From assembly GCA_003222305.1 (NCBI GenBank), contig QHVQ01000010.1:369-64368 (forward strand): a stretch of 64,000 nucleotides of DNA. Direction: 5' to 3'. The stretch comes from Acidobacteriota bacterium (lineage in GTDB: Bacteria > Acidobacteriota > Polarisedimenticolia > Gp22-AA2 > AA152). A program made the position numbers and the translations under genes. Shown piece after piece: positions 26,770 through 37,000 of the stretch. Below the pieces are notes generated by a model. It ran no database searches and was not told the origin of the DNA. It saw nothing but the letters and a program-made list of their open reading frames with translations. Each line of letters begins with the position of its first letter. Within the stretch, counting starts at the first letter, position 1.

Positions 26770-27954
26770 TCAGCCGGCCGACTCCAGCAGCGCGGCCACG
26801 CCCATGCCGCCGCTCACGCACAGGGCGGCGATGCCGTAGCGGGCCTCACGGCGGGCCATTTCATGCATGAGCGTCACCACGATCCGAGCACCGGAGCAGC
26901 CGATGGGATGTCCCAGAGCAATGGCGCCGCCGTTGGGATTGAGCTTCGCAGGATCGATATGCAATTCCCTCTGACACGCCAGGACCTGCGCGGCGAAGGC
27001 TTCGTTGATCTCCACCAAGTCGATCTGCTCCAGAGAAATTCCGCTGTTCGAGACGAGCTTCCGGATGGCGGGCACCGGCCCGATGCCCATGCGGGAGGGG
27101 TCCACACCGACGCTGGTCCACGCCACGAGCCTGGCCAGGGGTCCCCGCGACGCCCGAGGTCTGACGGCTGAGACCAGGACCGCAGCGCCGCCATCCGTGA
27201 TCCCCGAGGCCGAGCCGGCAGTGATAGTTCCTTCCGCGCCGAAGACCGGAGCGAGCTTGCCAAGAGAGTCAGCCGTCACGCCATCTCGAGGGTGTTCGTC
27301 TTCCTCCACACGCCGAATCGAGCCCTTCGGCCCCGCAACCTCCACTGCGACAATTTCCTCCCGAAACAGCCCCCGCTCCCGGGCTCGCTCAACCCGCTGC
27401 TGGCTCTCGGCGGCATAGCGATCCTGCTCGGCCCGTGAAATTCGATATTCGCGCGCTAGATTTTCCGCCGTCTCTCCCATCATCTGTCCACAGAGCCGAC
27501 AGAGAAAGCCGTCCCGGAGCATCCCATCGGTCAGTTCTTCGTGACCCATCCTCGCCCCAAAGCGCGCCGAGTCCAAGAGATACGGGACTCGACTCATATT
27601 CTCGGCGCCTCCAGCGAGGATCGGACTCGATTCCCCCGAGGCGACTTCCCGGGCCGCCAGGAGGATCGCCTTGAGTCCCGAGGCGCAGGCTTGGTTCACG
27701 GTGTACGCTGGCACTCGGTCGGGGATTCCCGCCAGATGGGATACCTGCCGGGCCGGATTGGGGCCCACACCCGCCTGGCGAGCGCATCCGAAGACCGTCT
27801 CCTGAACTTCCTCGGAAGCGAAGCCAGAGCGGGCTACAGCTTCCCGGGCTGCCGCTGCGCCTAATTCTGGAGCAGGAAGTCCGTAAAAGCCCCCCCCAAA
27901 ACGTCCGATGGGGGTGCGCACAGCACCTGAAAGATACACAACTCCACGGCTCAT
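26770..27954 (-). CDS. acetyl-CoA C-acetyltransferase (thiolase II)
   Basis: VRTPIGRFGG, active-site NQACASGL, NGGAIALGHPIGCSGARI, CVSGGMG. Trimmed to ATG 27954. Confidence 0.9.
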   Translation of the reverse strand: MSRGVVYLSGAVRTPIGRFGGGFYGLPAPELGAAAAREAVARSGFASEEVQETVFGCARQAGVGPNPARQVSHLAGIPDRVPAYTVNQACASGLKAILLAAREVASGESSPILAGGAENMSRVPYLLDSARFGARMGHEELTDGMLRDGFLCRLCGQMMGETAENLAREYRISRAEQDRYAAESQQRVERARERGLFREEIVAVEVAGPKGSIRRVEEDEHPRDGVTADSLGKLAPVFGAEGTITAGSASGITDGGAAVLVSAVRPRASRGPLARLVAWTSVGVDPSRMGIGPVPAIRKLVSNSGISLEQIDLVEINEAFAAQVLACQRELHIDPAKLNPNGGAIALGHPIGCSGARIVVTLMHEMARREARYGIAALCVSGGMGVAALLESAG

Positions 27955-28176
27955 GGGCGGCCCCGCGACACCGCTAAATGGTGGAAGACGGCGGGATTCT
28001 AACGCAATTGCTTGACAAGCGAAAGCCGCATCCCTACGCTCCCCGCGCCTTCCGAGGCGAGAGCTCCCGGCGACCCGAAGGGAGCGATCGAGGTGAAAAC
28101 CGATTTTCCGACGCGCGGATATCCGCGGGCCTTTCCGGCGGGATTCGCAACGCAAGACCCACCTGGAAGGCGGGAC

Positions 28177-28851
28177 TCACCAGTCCAGGATCGTCCATCC
28201 GAATTGGAGCGCGCGGCGCCTGAGGGAGGAAGCCGGACGAACCGCCACCGGATGACCGCATCGCTTGAGAAGCGGCAGGTCGGCAAGGCTGTCGCCATAA
28301 GCCCAGGACTCCTCCCACCGGATGGCACTCGAAAACGGCTCCTGGAGCAGCCGCCGGACTTTTTCGTCCCCCCGACAATTCAGGCCGTCCAGGTGGGGTG
28401 AAGGATCCAGAATCACGCGTGTGCAGACCAGGTGGTCGAAGCCCAGGCGGGTGGATACCGGACGCAGGTAATGGTCGATGCTGGCCGAGACCAAGACCAG
28501 CAGGTGCCGCTGCTCCCGGTGCCATTCGATTCGCCGAAGCCCCTGGGGTCGGAGTCGCGGGGCGAGAGACCGGCGGCAAAAATCAGCGAAGAAGTCCTCG
28601 CGGTGCCCGGTAGGAACGTGGCGGAGGACTCCCAAGGCGGACTCCTTAAGGGCATCCCGGCTGATTCGGCCCGCGATGAAGGCCGGCACGGCGGCCGCCA
28701 GGGGGCCCAAGCTTCCCAAGGCACGGGGAAAGCGCCGACAGGTGTGGCCGAGCAGGACCAGCAACGAATCGCAGCCGATCAGCGTTCCGTCGAAATCGAA
28801 CAGGGCAGCAGGTTTCAGGATTGGAGAGGGGAGAATCGGTGCGTCGGGCAT
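28177..28851 (-). CDS. HAD-IB family hydrolase
   Basis: ALFDFDGTL motif I, VLVSAS motif II, AYGDSLADLPLL motif IV. The start is ATG 28851 or ATG 28923. Confidence 0.65.
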   Translation of the reverse strand: MPDAPILPSPILKPAALFDFDGTLIGCDSLLVLLGHTCRRFPRALGSLGPLAAAVPAFIAGRISRDALKESALGVLRHVPTGHREDFFADFCRRSLAPRLRPQGLRRIEWHREQRHLLVLVSASIDHYLRPVSTRLGFDHLVCTRVILDPSPHLDGLNCRGDEKVRRLLQEPFSSAIRWEESWAYGDSLADLPLLKRCGHPVAVRPASSLRRRALQFGWTILDW

Positions 28852-29119
28852 AGGGAGCGCACCCCGGGACCAGTTCGGGCCGGTGGGGCCGGGCGAAAGC
28901 GAGCGGGCGCCGGAGGAAGGCATCTTAGCATGGAGTCATCGAACAACCGGGGAGCTCCCCCAAGGGGCTGCTGGCTCTCGGGAACCAAGACTCGACACTA
29001 AGTGTGGTTCCGATACGCCGACCCTCTCCCCGTCGCCGATTTGATGCGTCGGTACGAGGATCGCGTGGAATCCGGCCTTGCACACTCCACGATTCTCGCG
29101 GCTCGACGTTCAAGCAACC

Positions 29120-29148
29120 TTGATGCTTCACCGCCCCCGCGACATAAT
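29120..29148 (+). promoter_or_regulatory. candidate sigma-70 promoter (TTGATG-17-CATAAT)
   Basis: The hexamers at 29120-29125 and 29143-29148 lie in the most AT-rich patch of this gap. They fit a start at TTG 29203 for the downstream gene. Confidence 0.4.
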
Positions 29149-29202
29149 AAAACTCCCTGCGATCGAACCATAGGGGTGCATCGAGAGAGCCCGGAGGTCC
29201 CA

Positions 29203-30858
29203 TTGAGTCACCCAAGTCGGCGAAGGCAACGCCTTCTGCTGTGGCTTCCGATCCTTCTCGCGCTTCCCCTCATCATATTCTTTCTCCTGCCGGTAGACCG
29301 GATCGTCGCCACAGGAATGGTCGAGGACGACGCATTCTACTACCTGAAGGTGGCGTCCCATGTGGCCGCCGGCCACGGGTCCACCTTCGACGGGATCGAT
29401 CGCACCAACGGCTACCACCCGCTATGGCTCACGTTGCTCGTTCCGATCTATTTTCTTCTCGGTGCCCGACTCGATCTGGCTTTCCGGATTGCTTGCCTCC
29501 TGGGAGTGACCCTTTTTCTGGCGGCAGATTGGGTCGCACTCGGCCTGTTGAGACGCATCTTCCATGAGCTGGCGCCCACCGCCCTTGGAGTGGTGTTCTT
29601 TGCGTTCTTGACCTTCTTTTCTTCCTCCCAGGCCATGGAAACCGCCCCGGTTCTCTTTCTAACGAATCTAATCTTGCTCATGCTGGCCTCCAGGGATTCT
29701 CTCGGAATCGATGCCGATGCGAGGAGCGAGTGGGGTCTGGGGGCTCTTCTCTCGCTGGTGTTCTTGGCTCGTCTGGACATGGTGTTCCTGGGAGTCGCGG
29801 TGGGCATAGCGCTCGTGGCGCGGTGGCTCCGGGAGCGCTGGTCCGTGAAGCGTTTCTTCACCAAGACCACTCGACTGTTTCTTCCCTGCCTGCTCCTCCC
29901 GGCTCCCTACCTAGCGTGGAATTGGATGTGCTTTGGCCACTTGGTTCCGATCAGCGGAACTCTGAAGAGCTCTTTCCCCCAGGTGGGGCCCCACCTCTAT
30001 GTGCTGAAAAGTATCGGTCCTCATGTAATCTTTTCGCTTGGGGTTGGAGCTGTCGTGCTCATCGCGCAGGGATGCAGGGCGGTGGGAGTTGGGAATGCGC
30101 ACTCCGGCTCGACCCGGGAGCGGGCATTTTCGGCGCTGGCGATCCTCGCGCTCTCGGTCTTCCTGCAGCTGACCTATGCCGTCCTATTTGAGAAATGGGG
30201 TTTCGCTCACTGGCAGGTCGCCCCGTCTTTCATACTGGGAGCAGTGGGGGTCGGATGGATCCAGGAGAGGTTCGCTTGGACTTTCTTGCCCCGAATCTCT
30301 GCGGAGAGACTTCGGAGCTTCTCGGGCTTGTTCATCGTCCTGGCAACTGCGGTTGCGCTCGGCTGGGGTTCATGGAAGCGGCTGGGAGCCTACGATCCCA
30401 ATTCTTTCTATCTGGGCGAATGGAGAGCGGCACGCTGGGCCAAGGAGCGGCTTCCCAACGACGCAGTGCTCGCGGCGAAGTCGGATGCGGGCCTTTTTTC
30501 ATATTTCAGCGGCCTGAAAGTTCTCAACATCAATGACGGTCTTGTCAATGACTTTGACTATCAAGCGGCGGTGTCGCGAAAATTGCTCGGGAGGCATTTG
30601 ATTTCGAAGGGAGTGCGTTGGATTCTGCTGTCGGTGGATCCTGACAACGTTTATCAAGGCAAGCTCCGGTTTCGCGCCAGGGCGTACCTCTACGACTCGG
30701 AGTCCGAAGACGTTGAGGTGAATCTCCAGGAGGCTATTTATCGGTCGGATTCCTTCTCGGTGGGATGGGGTAGCGGCCGGATGTTTCTAGCCATCGTTCC
30801 CTTCGTGAGCCGCGGAGGTCCGGACACGGCAGAGTCGGGATTGCCGCTGAAGAATTGA
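29203..30858 (+). CDS. polytopic GT-C-fold-like membrane glycosyltransferase candidate
   Basis: About 10 TM helices. First-loop signature VEDDAFYYLKVA...GHGSTFDG...TNGYHPLW, plus a soluble C-terminal domain. I prefer the TTG 29203 start (GGAGG 5 nt upstream) to the ORF-track start at 29002. Lower G+C than surroundings. Confidence 0.55.
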   Translation: MSHPSRRRQRLLLWLPILLALPLIIFFLLPVDRIVATGMVEDDAFYYLKVASHVAAGHGSTFDGIDRTNGYHPLWLTLLVPIYFLLGARLDLAFRIACLLGVTLFLAADWVALGLLRRIFHELAPTALGVVFFAFLTFFSSSQAMETAPVLFLTNLILLMLASRDSLGIDADARSEWGLGALLSLVFLARLDMVFLGVAVGIALVARWLRERWSVKRFFTKTTRLFLPCLLLPAPYLAWNWMCFGHLVPISGTLKSSFPQVGPHLYVLKSIGPHVIFSLGVGAVVLIAQGCRAVGVGNAHSGSTRERAFSALAILALSVFLQLTYAVLFEKWGFAHWQVAPSFILGAVGVGWIQERFAWTFLPRISAERLRSFSGLFIVLATAVALGWGSWKRLGAYDPNSFYLGEWRAARWAKERLPNDAVLAAKSDAGLFSYFSGLKVLNINDGLVNDFDYQAAVSRKLLGRHLISKGVRWILLSVDPDNVYQGKLRFRARAYLYDSESEDVEVNLQEAIYRSDSFSVGWGSGRMFLAIVPFVSRGGPDTAESGLPLKN

Positions 30859-30944
30859 GGTGTCCGGGCGGCGGCACGTCGACTTCTCACTGGCGGCAGC
30901 CAACGGAAAGGCCAACCAGCGATCGCCAGAACGTCAGCAGGTTT

Positions 30945-32681
30945 TCACATGGCGGCAGAGTGCACGAAAGCCGCCCCATGTGTGGAAGGGGGCTTCCCGG
31001 GCGACTCCGGCCCGGACGCGCGGGACTGCCGGCGGCACTCGGGCAGCTCGCTCCGCAGTCGGGTGGCTCGCCACGCCTCCATGTCCTGATCCGGGTAGAA
31101 GTGCTTCCAGATCTCGGCGAAGCCGCTGCGCAGCGCGTCGCGATAGGGGCTGTCGCGGCGAATCGCGAAGCCGTAGTTCAACGCATCGGGCCAGACCTCG
31201 TATTCCTGCCACAGGCGCGGTTCCGTGATCAGTCCGTGCCAGAGCGGGACATAGAAGTAGTGTGGCATCCAGATCGCGTCGGGCCGGCGCGCGAGCTCGA
31301 CCGCCGGGTCGAAACCATGGTGGGCGAACTGCGGGTCGTGCAGTGCGATGAGATCGTCGAGCGTGATCTGCGGAGCGGCCGCGCCGATTCGGCCGTGCTC
31401 CGACAGGGCGATGCGCACCCCGGGGGGAAGCGTCCGCGCGAGGCGCGACAGGTCCGCGACGGTGGACTCGTAGTCAACCTTCGACAGCAGCCCCTGCACG
31501 GGGCGCTCGTAGCAGACTGCGGGGAAGGTCGGATCGTGGGTCGCTGGAGCAGGGCGGTAGGCGGTCTCGGCGTCGCGCAAGACAGTCGGAGCGGCGGCCA
31601 CGAGCAAAAGCGCCAGCGGCCAGCGGGTGCTTATCGCGCGCAAGAGCTCGCTGGCACGGTCGCGCGCGGCCCAAAGATCGTCGATCACGATTACCGCGGC
31701 GAGGACGGCGAACGGCGTGGCCGGCACGTAGTACCGGGCGTCGTTGCCCATGATCTGGACCACGCTGAAGTAGTATGCGAACGTGAGCGCGACGGGCACC
31801 AGTAGCGCAACCAGCTGGGGAGCGGTGCGCCGGTTCAGGCCGAAGGTGATCACCAGCAGCATCGGCATCCACATCGTGAAGATCTGTCCCAGATACTCGA
31901 AAGGGTTCCACGCGTGCGCGGCCGAGTACTCGGTGAAGTAGCCGAAGCTCTTGGCGTAGAACGGCAGCGGGAGGGGATCCCCGAAGACCGCCGTCCCAAG
32001 CACCGCGTAGCCAGCGAGCGCGAGCCCGAGTCCTCCCGCCAGCTTCGCCAGCAGAGGGAGCCGCGGCCTCGGCCCCGCGAGAGCCACGGCGAGGAGTGGG
32101 GTGAGCACGGCGTACAGCCCGTCGTCGGGACGCGCGAAGATCGCCAACAGTGCCGCCCCGACGGACGCGAGGAGCGCGCGCCGGCTGCCGCTGCGCGCGA
32201 GCCAGAGAGCGGCGCCGCCGACCAGGCAGTTGGCGAACAGCGCCGACATCGCGTCCATGCCGTTCAAGGCCTGGGTGATGAAGAGGCGCTGGGGAAGGAC
32301 GAAGAGCCAGACCCCGAGCGCGACCAACCAGGGATCCTCGCGAAGCGGGCTGCGCAGCATGGACAGGGAGACCCGCGCGAGCGCGGCGAGCGCGAGCGCC
32401 GTGAACGCGAGGGAAGCGAGCGCCAGCACCCTCGCGTCGGAGAGCGGCAGGAGCGCCTCGAGCAGGGTGACGATCGCCAGATGCAGGCTGCCGGTCACCC
32501 CGAAGACCTGCTGGCCGTCGGGATTCCAGGAGTGACCGTGCCCCGCGAGGATCTGCTTCGCGTAGCGCAGGAACATGTAGGCGTCGTCGATCGAGATCGG
32601 CTGGCGCGCCCGGCGGAGCGCGTGGGCCAGCAGGGGCGCGGCGGCCGCCAGAACAGCGCCGATCGCTCGCTTGCTCCTCAT
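30945..32681 (-). CDS. polytopic GT-C-fold-like membrane protein, distant paralog of 29203..30858
   Basis: Same N-terminal signature (IDDAYMFLRYA...GHGHSWNPDG...VTGSLH), many TM helices and a soluble C-terminal domain. Markedly higher G+C than neighbours. Confidence 0.5.
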   Translation of the reverse strand: MRSKRAIGAVLAAAAPLLAHALRRARQPISIDDAYMFLRYAKQILAGHGHSWNPDGQQVFGVTGSLHLAIVTLLEALLPLSDARVLALASLAFTALALAALARVSLSMLRSPLREDPWLVALGVWLFVLPQRLFITQALNGMDAMSALFANCLVGGAALWLARSGSRRALLASVGAALLAIFARPDDGLYAVLTPLLAVALAGPRPRLPLLAKLAGGLGLALAGYAVLGTAVFGDPLPLPFYAKSFGYFTEYSAAHAWNPFEYLGQIFTMWMPMLLVITFGLNRRTAPQLVALLVPVALTFAYYFSVVQIMGNDARYYVPATPFAVLAAVIVIDDLWAARDRASELLRAISTRWPLALLLVAAAPTVLRDAETAYRPAPATHDPTFPAVCYERPVQGLLSKVDYESTVADLSRLARTLPPGVRIALSEHGRIGAAAPQITLDDLIALHDPQFAHHGFDPAVELARRPDAIWMPHYFYVPLWHGLITEPRLWQEYEVWPDALNYGFAIRRDSPYRDALRSGFAEIWKHFYPDQDMEAWRATRLRSELPECRRQSRASGPESPGKPPSTHGAAFVHSAAM

Positions 32682-32828
32682 CGTTCGCCTCTAGCGTCGG
32701 AGGAGCGCAGCGCCCTCGGCCGACTCCGCGTCGCGGAGCGGCCCGCTTCTCCGGCGGTTTCCATGGGGCAGCGCATAGATTCTTACCTCTGTGACTTCCG
32801 TGCATATTGCGGAGAAGTTGCTCGGGGG

Positions 32829-33068
32829 TCAAGCGACGGCAGCGTAGACGCTCGGGAAATTCCGCTGTCTCAGCTTCACCGCCGTGACCATCACGCTGTA
32901 ACCAAAGGCGGTGACCCGCCAGCGGCGTGAATGTGGGATCTTGGTGATGTGGCCATGGACGTGGATACGGTGCAAGAGCTTCTTATCTGGGCGAAAATGC
33001 CCCTCAGCCGAAATCCCCGCACCCGCGAGGTTGACACAATAAGCCTTGCCTGTGAGTGGCCGGCGCAA
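32829..33068 (-). mobile_element. C-terminal remnant of a DDE transposase (about 80 codons, no catalytic domain)
   Basis: ...KKLLHRIHVHGHITKIPHSRRWRVTAFGYSVMVTAVKLRQ fits the ...L(R/H)x(L/I)RxHG(L/H)IxKIPxSxR(Y/W)xVTxxG... winged-helix tail that I recall at the C-terminus of one family of DDE transposases. The frame is closed immediately upstream by the stop of the neighbouring gene. Confidence 0.35.
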
Positions 33069-33074
33069 GGGGGT

Positions 33075-33893
33075 TCACGAGAGAGTGAGGGTGGCCGCCG
33101 ATCCCGCCGCGCATCGCAGGGCGGCTGCCGCGGAGCCTCCGCGGACGGCAACTTCCAGGTATCCGGAGCTGTTGAAGAGGGCAAAGGGCTCTCCCTCTGA
33201 TCCCTGGGCGTAGGTTTCCAGAAGGCGTAGGAGAGACCGCCCGCCAATCTCCAGGGCAAACCGTTGTGTCGCAGACCCGCCGGTCAGCTCCCTGTACTTT
33301 GGCTCCCTCAGGTTGAGGACGAGATTGCCGAAGCGATCCGCGGTGATGACCTCAAGGCGAAGCCGTCCGTCGCTCAGGCGCGTGGGAGCGGGCAGGGGCG
33401 AGGGAACGAACTCAGTCACCGGATCACCGAAACAGGAGGCGGCGGTGCCACGAGCCAGCTGGGCAGCCACCGGCGCCAGGATGTCCCGCCCCTGGAAGGT
33501 GGCGCTGACGCGCGGACGAAAGTAGCGGGCCGCGGTGATCCGGAACAATTCCCGAGGCGGCTCGGTCTCGAACACCAGGCCCAGGGCGCCGTTGTCGGGA
33601 GCTAGAAAATAGTGATTCTCGGTCCGGGCGAGAAGCAAGGGACGGGTCGAGCCGACTCCGGGATCCACCACCAGAATATGGATGGTTCCGGGCGGAAAAT
33701 GCGGGAACGCGCAGGCCAGCGTGAATCCCCCTTCCACGATTCCCTGGGGGGGGATCGCGTGGGAGATGTCGATGATTCGCACTTCGGGGGCGAGGGAGAA
33801 GATGACGCCCTTCAGGGAGGCGACGTAGGCGTCCTGGAGTCCGAAATCGGTGGTCAGCGTGATGAACTGGGCGCGGGTCTGTGAGGGTTCCAA
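33075..33893 (-). CDS. SAM hydroxide adenosyltransferase (DUF62; fluorinase/chlorinase-like family)
   Basis: ITLTTDFGLQDAYVA.LKGVI, VVDPGVGS, APDNG, D.FGN. TTG 33893 start with GGGAGGG 7 nt upstream. Confidence 0.8.
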   Translation of the reverse strand: MEPSQTRAQFITLTTDFGLQDAYVASLKGVIFSLAPEVRIIDISHAIPPQGIVEGGFTLACAFPHFPPGTIHILVVDPGVGSTRPLLLARTENHYFLAPDNGALGLVFETEPPRELFRITAARYFRPRVSATFQGRDILAPVAAQLARGTAASCFGDPVTEFVPSPLPAPTRLSDGRLRLEVITADRFGNLVLNLREPKYRELTGGSATQRFALEIGGRSLLRLLETYAQGSEGEPFALFNSSGYLEVAVRGGSAAAALRCAAGSAATLTLS

Positions 33894-33991
33894 CGCTCAG
33901 CCCTCCCGGGAGAACTCCTCGCAGCGAACTATAGGAACGCCAGAAAGTCCCGTCAAGGGCCCCTCGGAATTTGGGCCCCGCACCCCTGCGG

Positions 33992-34019
33992 TTGACCGAG
34001 GGGATCCCCTCTGTTAACG
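33992..34019 (+). promoter_or_regulatory. candidate promoter (TTGACC-16-TTAACG) with an embedded perfect 14-bp palindrome GAGGGGATCCCCTC (33998-34011)
   Basis: Read directly from the sequence. The palindrome fills the spacer between the two hexamers, about 45 nt upstream of GTG 34062. Confidence 0.3.
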
Positions 34020-34061
34020 TTCGGCGTCGTTCACCTCGCTTCGGGAGGACTGTCGATTCCT

Positions 34062-37000
34062 GTGCGCCCCGCCCAACCCAGCCATTCGCACCTGCCGATT
34101 CTTTGCCTGGCCCTTCTCGTCCTCTCTTTCTCACCCCTGAAAGCTCAGGGCGATATCCCAACCTGGCAACCGCCCAAGACCGGCCTCGGTTTCGACGTGG
34201 ATCTGGACCGGCCCCCCGCCGAGCGCCCCGGGCCGATTCTCTCCCGTGAAGTCCAGTCGCGCGGTGCGCAGCCCCTCTACGTTCGACTCCTTTTCTCCTG
34301 GAGGGCCTTGGAGACTGAGCGAGGAACGATACGGTTCGAGGAGCTGGAAAGCGAAGTGACCCGTTTTCGGGACGCGGGCTTTGAAGTCATTCTGGTCCCG
34401 AGAGGAGGGAACGAGCTCTACGGCTCTTCCCGGCTGCCGGCACCTGGGGAGGCGGAGCCCTTGGCTGCGTGGCGCATTTTTCTGCGCCGTCTGGCGGAGC
34501 GGTTCAAGGGGAGGGTAAGGTTTTATGAGATCGGCGATGCCATGGACGCCCCGGACGCCCTGCCGGAGGGGGCCGGAGCACGAGAGTACGCTTTCCTCCT
34601 GAAGAACGCTGCCGTGGAGCTGCGTGGTGCCGATCCCGACGTGCTGATCGTCACAGGATCCGTTGCGGCTCGGGCCCTCGATTTTCTCGAGAAGGTGTTT
34701 CAAGAGGACGTGGCCGCCTACATCGATGCGGTGGCCCTCAGAGGTGAAGCCGGGATCGACCCCGGTGACACCGCCGATCGTGCCGTGAGTCTCGTGCTGC
34801 AGCATGATCCGTCGGCGTCGGTCTGGATCGTCGGCCAGCCGCTCCCGGCGCTTCCCGTCCCGGCAAGTTTGCCTCAGACCGCTGCGACGGAGGTCACGCC
34901 CCCCCCGCCGGATACGTCTCAACCGGCTGGGGCCATGATCCGGACCACGGCCTCTGTCCTGTCGGCGGGTGCCCACTTGGTGCTATTCGATCTCCCGCCG
35001 GATCCCTCCGGCGCTCCAGCCCTGGGAAACGTCTTGGTCTTGCTCCGTCGGCTCTTTCTCCCGAGCCTGGGACCGTCACCGGAGGGGGTGGCACGGTTGC
35101 GTTTGCTCTCCCGCCCGGGTGGCACCGAGCTCCCCTTCGCGGCCTGGCGATTCTTCGATGCCTCCACTTTCCAAGTGCTTCTGGTATACGCGTCCCCGCC
35201 CGGATCCTCGGAGACGGCCGATCTGGTTCTGGACACCTCCGACGTGACCGGCGCCGTGGTGGACGACCTTCTGGCCAACACCGAGAAGAAGGTCGCGTCC
35301 CTGGCTCCCGACGCTTCCGCCGGCATGACCCGGGTGGAGGTGCCGCTGGCAGAGTCTCCTTTGATCCTTCGGTACCAACGCTTTGCCACCCCTGGATACC
35401 TGAAGGGTCCGGAGTCAGCGCACGTGAAGGGAGCACGGGAGCTCTCGGCCGAGGAGATCATCGCACGCCACCAGGAATTCCAGGCGGACCAGGACCAGCG
35501 GCTGAAAACCGTAATGGCCGCCGGCCGCATCAGCTACCACTACACGGTGGCGACCGCGCGCATCAGCGTCGACGTGACGACGCTCAATAATTTCTACTGG
35601 GACCGGGCCGTGGGTGCCGAGTGGGAGGAGAAGGAATTCTACTTCAACGGAGTGCGCTGGACGGGGAAGAAGCCCCCTGATCTGCCTCTCATCCAGCCCG
35701 AGAAGGTCGTGGTCCTGCCGCTGAACATCAACCTGAACAAGGATTACACCTACAGGCTTTTGGGGCGGGACAGCGTGGAAGGACGGGACTGCTACCTGCT
35801 GGAATTCAGCCCGGTGGCCGGCAAGGAACGTCTCTACCACGGAAAAGTGTGGATTGATCGAAAGAGCTTCGCGCGAGTCCGGATCTCTTCGGTGCAGACC
35901 GGGTTGACGCCCCCCGTCACCAGTAACGACGAACGGGACACCTACGGCCCGGCTCCCGGAGCGGGAGAGAGTCCGCTGTGGGTGCTCCAGCGTATCGATG
36001 GGCAGCAGCGCCACACGCTCGGGGGAGTGAACCTGATCGTCATGCGGGAAGTGGAATTCACCGATTTCGTCCTCAACTCGCCCGATTTCGAGGAGAAGCG
36101 CCGTGCAGCGTACGCCTCCGACCATGCCATGCTCCGCGACACCGACAAGGGGTTTCGCTATCTGGACCGCACCCCCGATGGGAGCAGGACGGTACGGGAG
36201 GGTGTGACTCGCAGCACCACGCTGGGCGCGGCCGGGGTCTTCTATGAACAAAACCTGGATTCCCCGGTGCCGCTGGCGGGGATCGACTACTTCAATTTCA
36301 ACTTCAAGAACACCCGAAGTCAGGTCAACCTCTTCTTCGCGGGAGCCCTGCTGCAGGGCACTTTCCAGGATCCGCAGGTGGCCGGCACGAAGCTCGATGC
36401 CGGGGTCAGCGTTCTGGGCGTGGCCTTCAGCACCACGGACCGGTATTACCTGAGCGACCAAAAGCTCGAGGAGGTCGACACCCGGCAGCGAGCTCAGGAA
36501 ATCTCGGCGAATATCGGGTATCCCCTCGGGAATTTCTTCAAAGTCAAGGGGCTGGCCTCGCTGGATTACGTGCAGTTTGGACACGCTGAGAAAGCCGCCG
36601 ACTCGTTCCGGGCACCCTCGGATACCACGGAGCTCACGCTGGGAGCGCTGGGGCAGTTCGATCGCCGGGGATGGACCCTCCAGGCTCGCGCGGAACAGAC
36701 GAAGCGAGGCACGTGGGAGCCCTGGGGAGACACGGACCCGCTCTCACCGGCCCTGGGAAGCCGCCTCGTGGACTTTGATCCTGAGGATCGGCAGTACCGC
36801 CACTACCGGGGACAGGTGTCCAAACAGATCATCCTTCCCTATTTTCAAAAGGTGATTCTCCAAGGTCAGTACCTGACCGGGAGCCACCTGGACCGCTTCA
36901 GCAAATTCCAGTTCGGTTTCTTCGATACGAGGGTACACGGATTCTCCGGGAGCGGCGTCCGATTCGATCGCGGCTATACCGCCTCCGCGTCTTACAACTT

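Noticed and set aside
27955-28176. Promoter/operator upstream of the thiolase (TTGTCA, GCAATTGC palindrome, TAGAAT)
   Set aside because: The TTGTCA-to-TAGAAT spacing is only 11 nt. The alternative -35 (TTTCGC at 17 nt) is weak, and an opposite-strand TTGACA points at no gene. The evidence is too ambiguous to call.
31474-32832. 452-aa ORF on the minus strand overlapping the GC-rich GT-C-like gene
   Set aside because: This is an alternative frame of the same strand. It is extremely Arg/Ala/Pro-rich with no TM helices or motifs, whereas the 30945..32681 frame gives a coherent polytopic protein.
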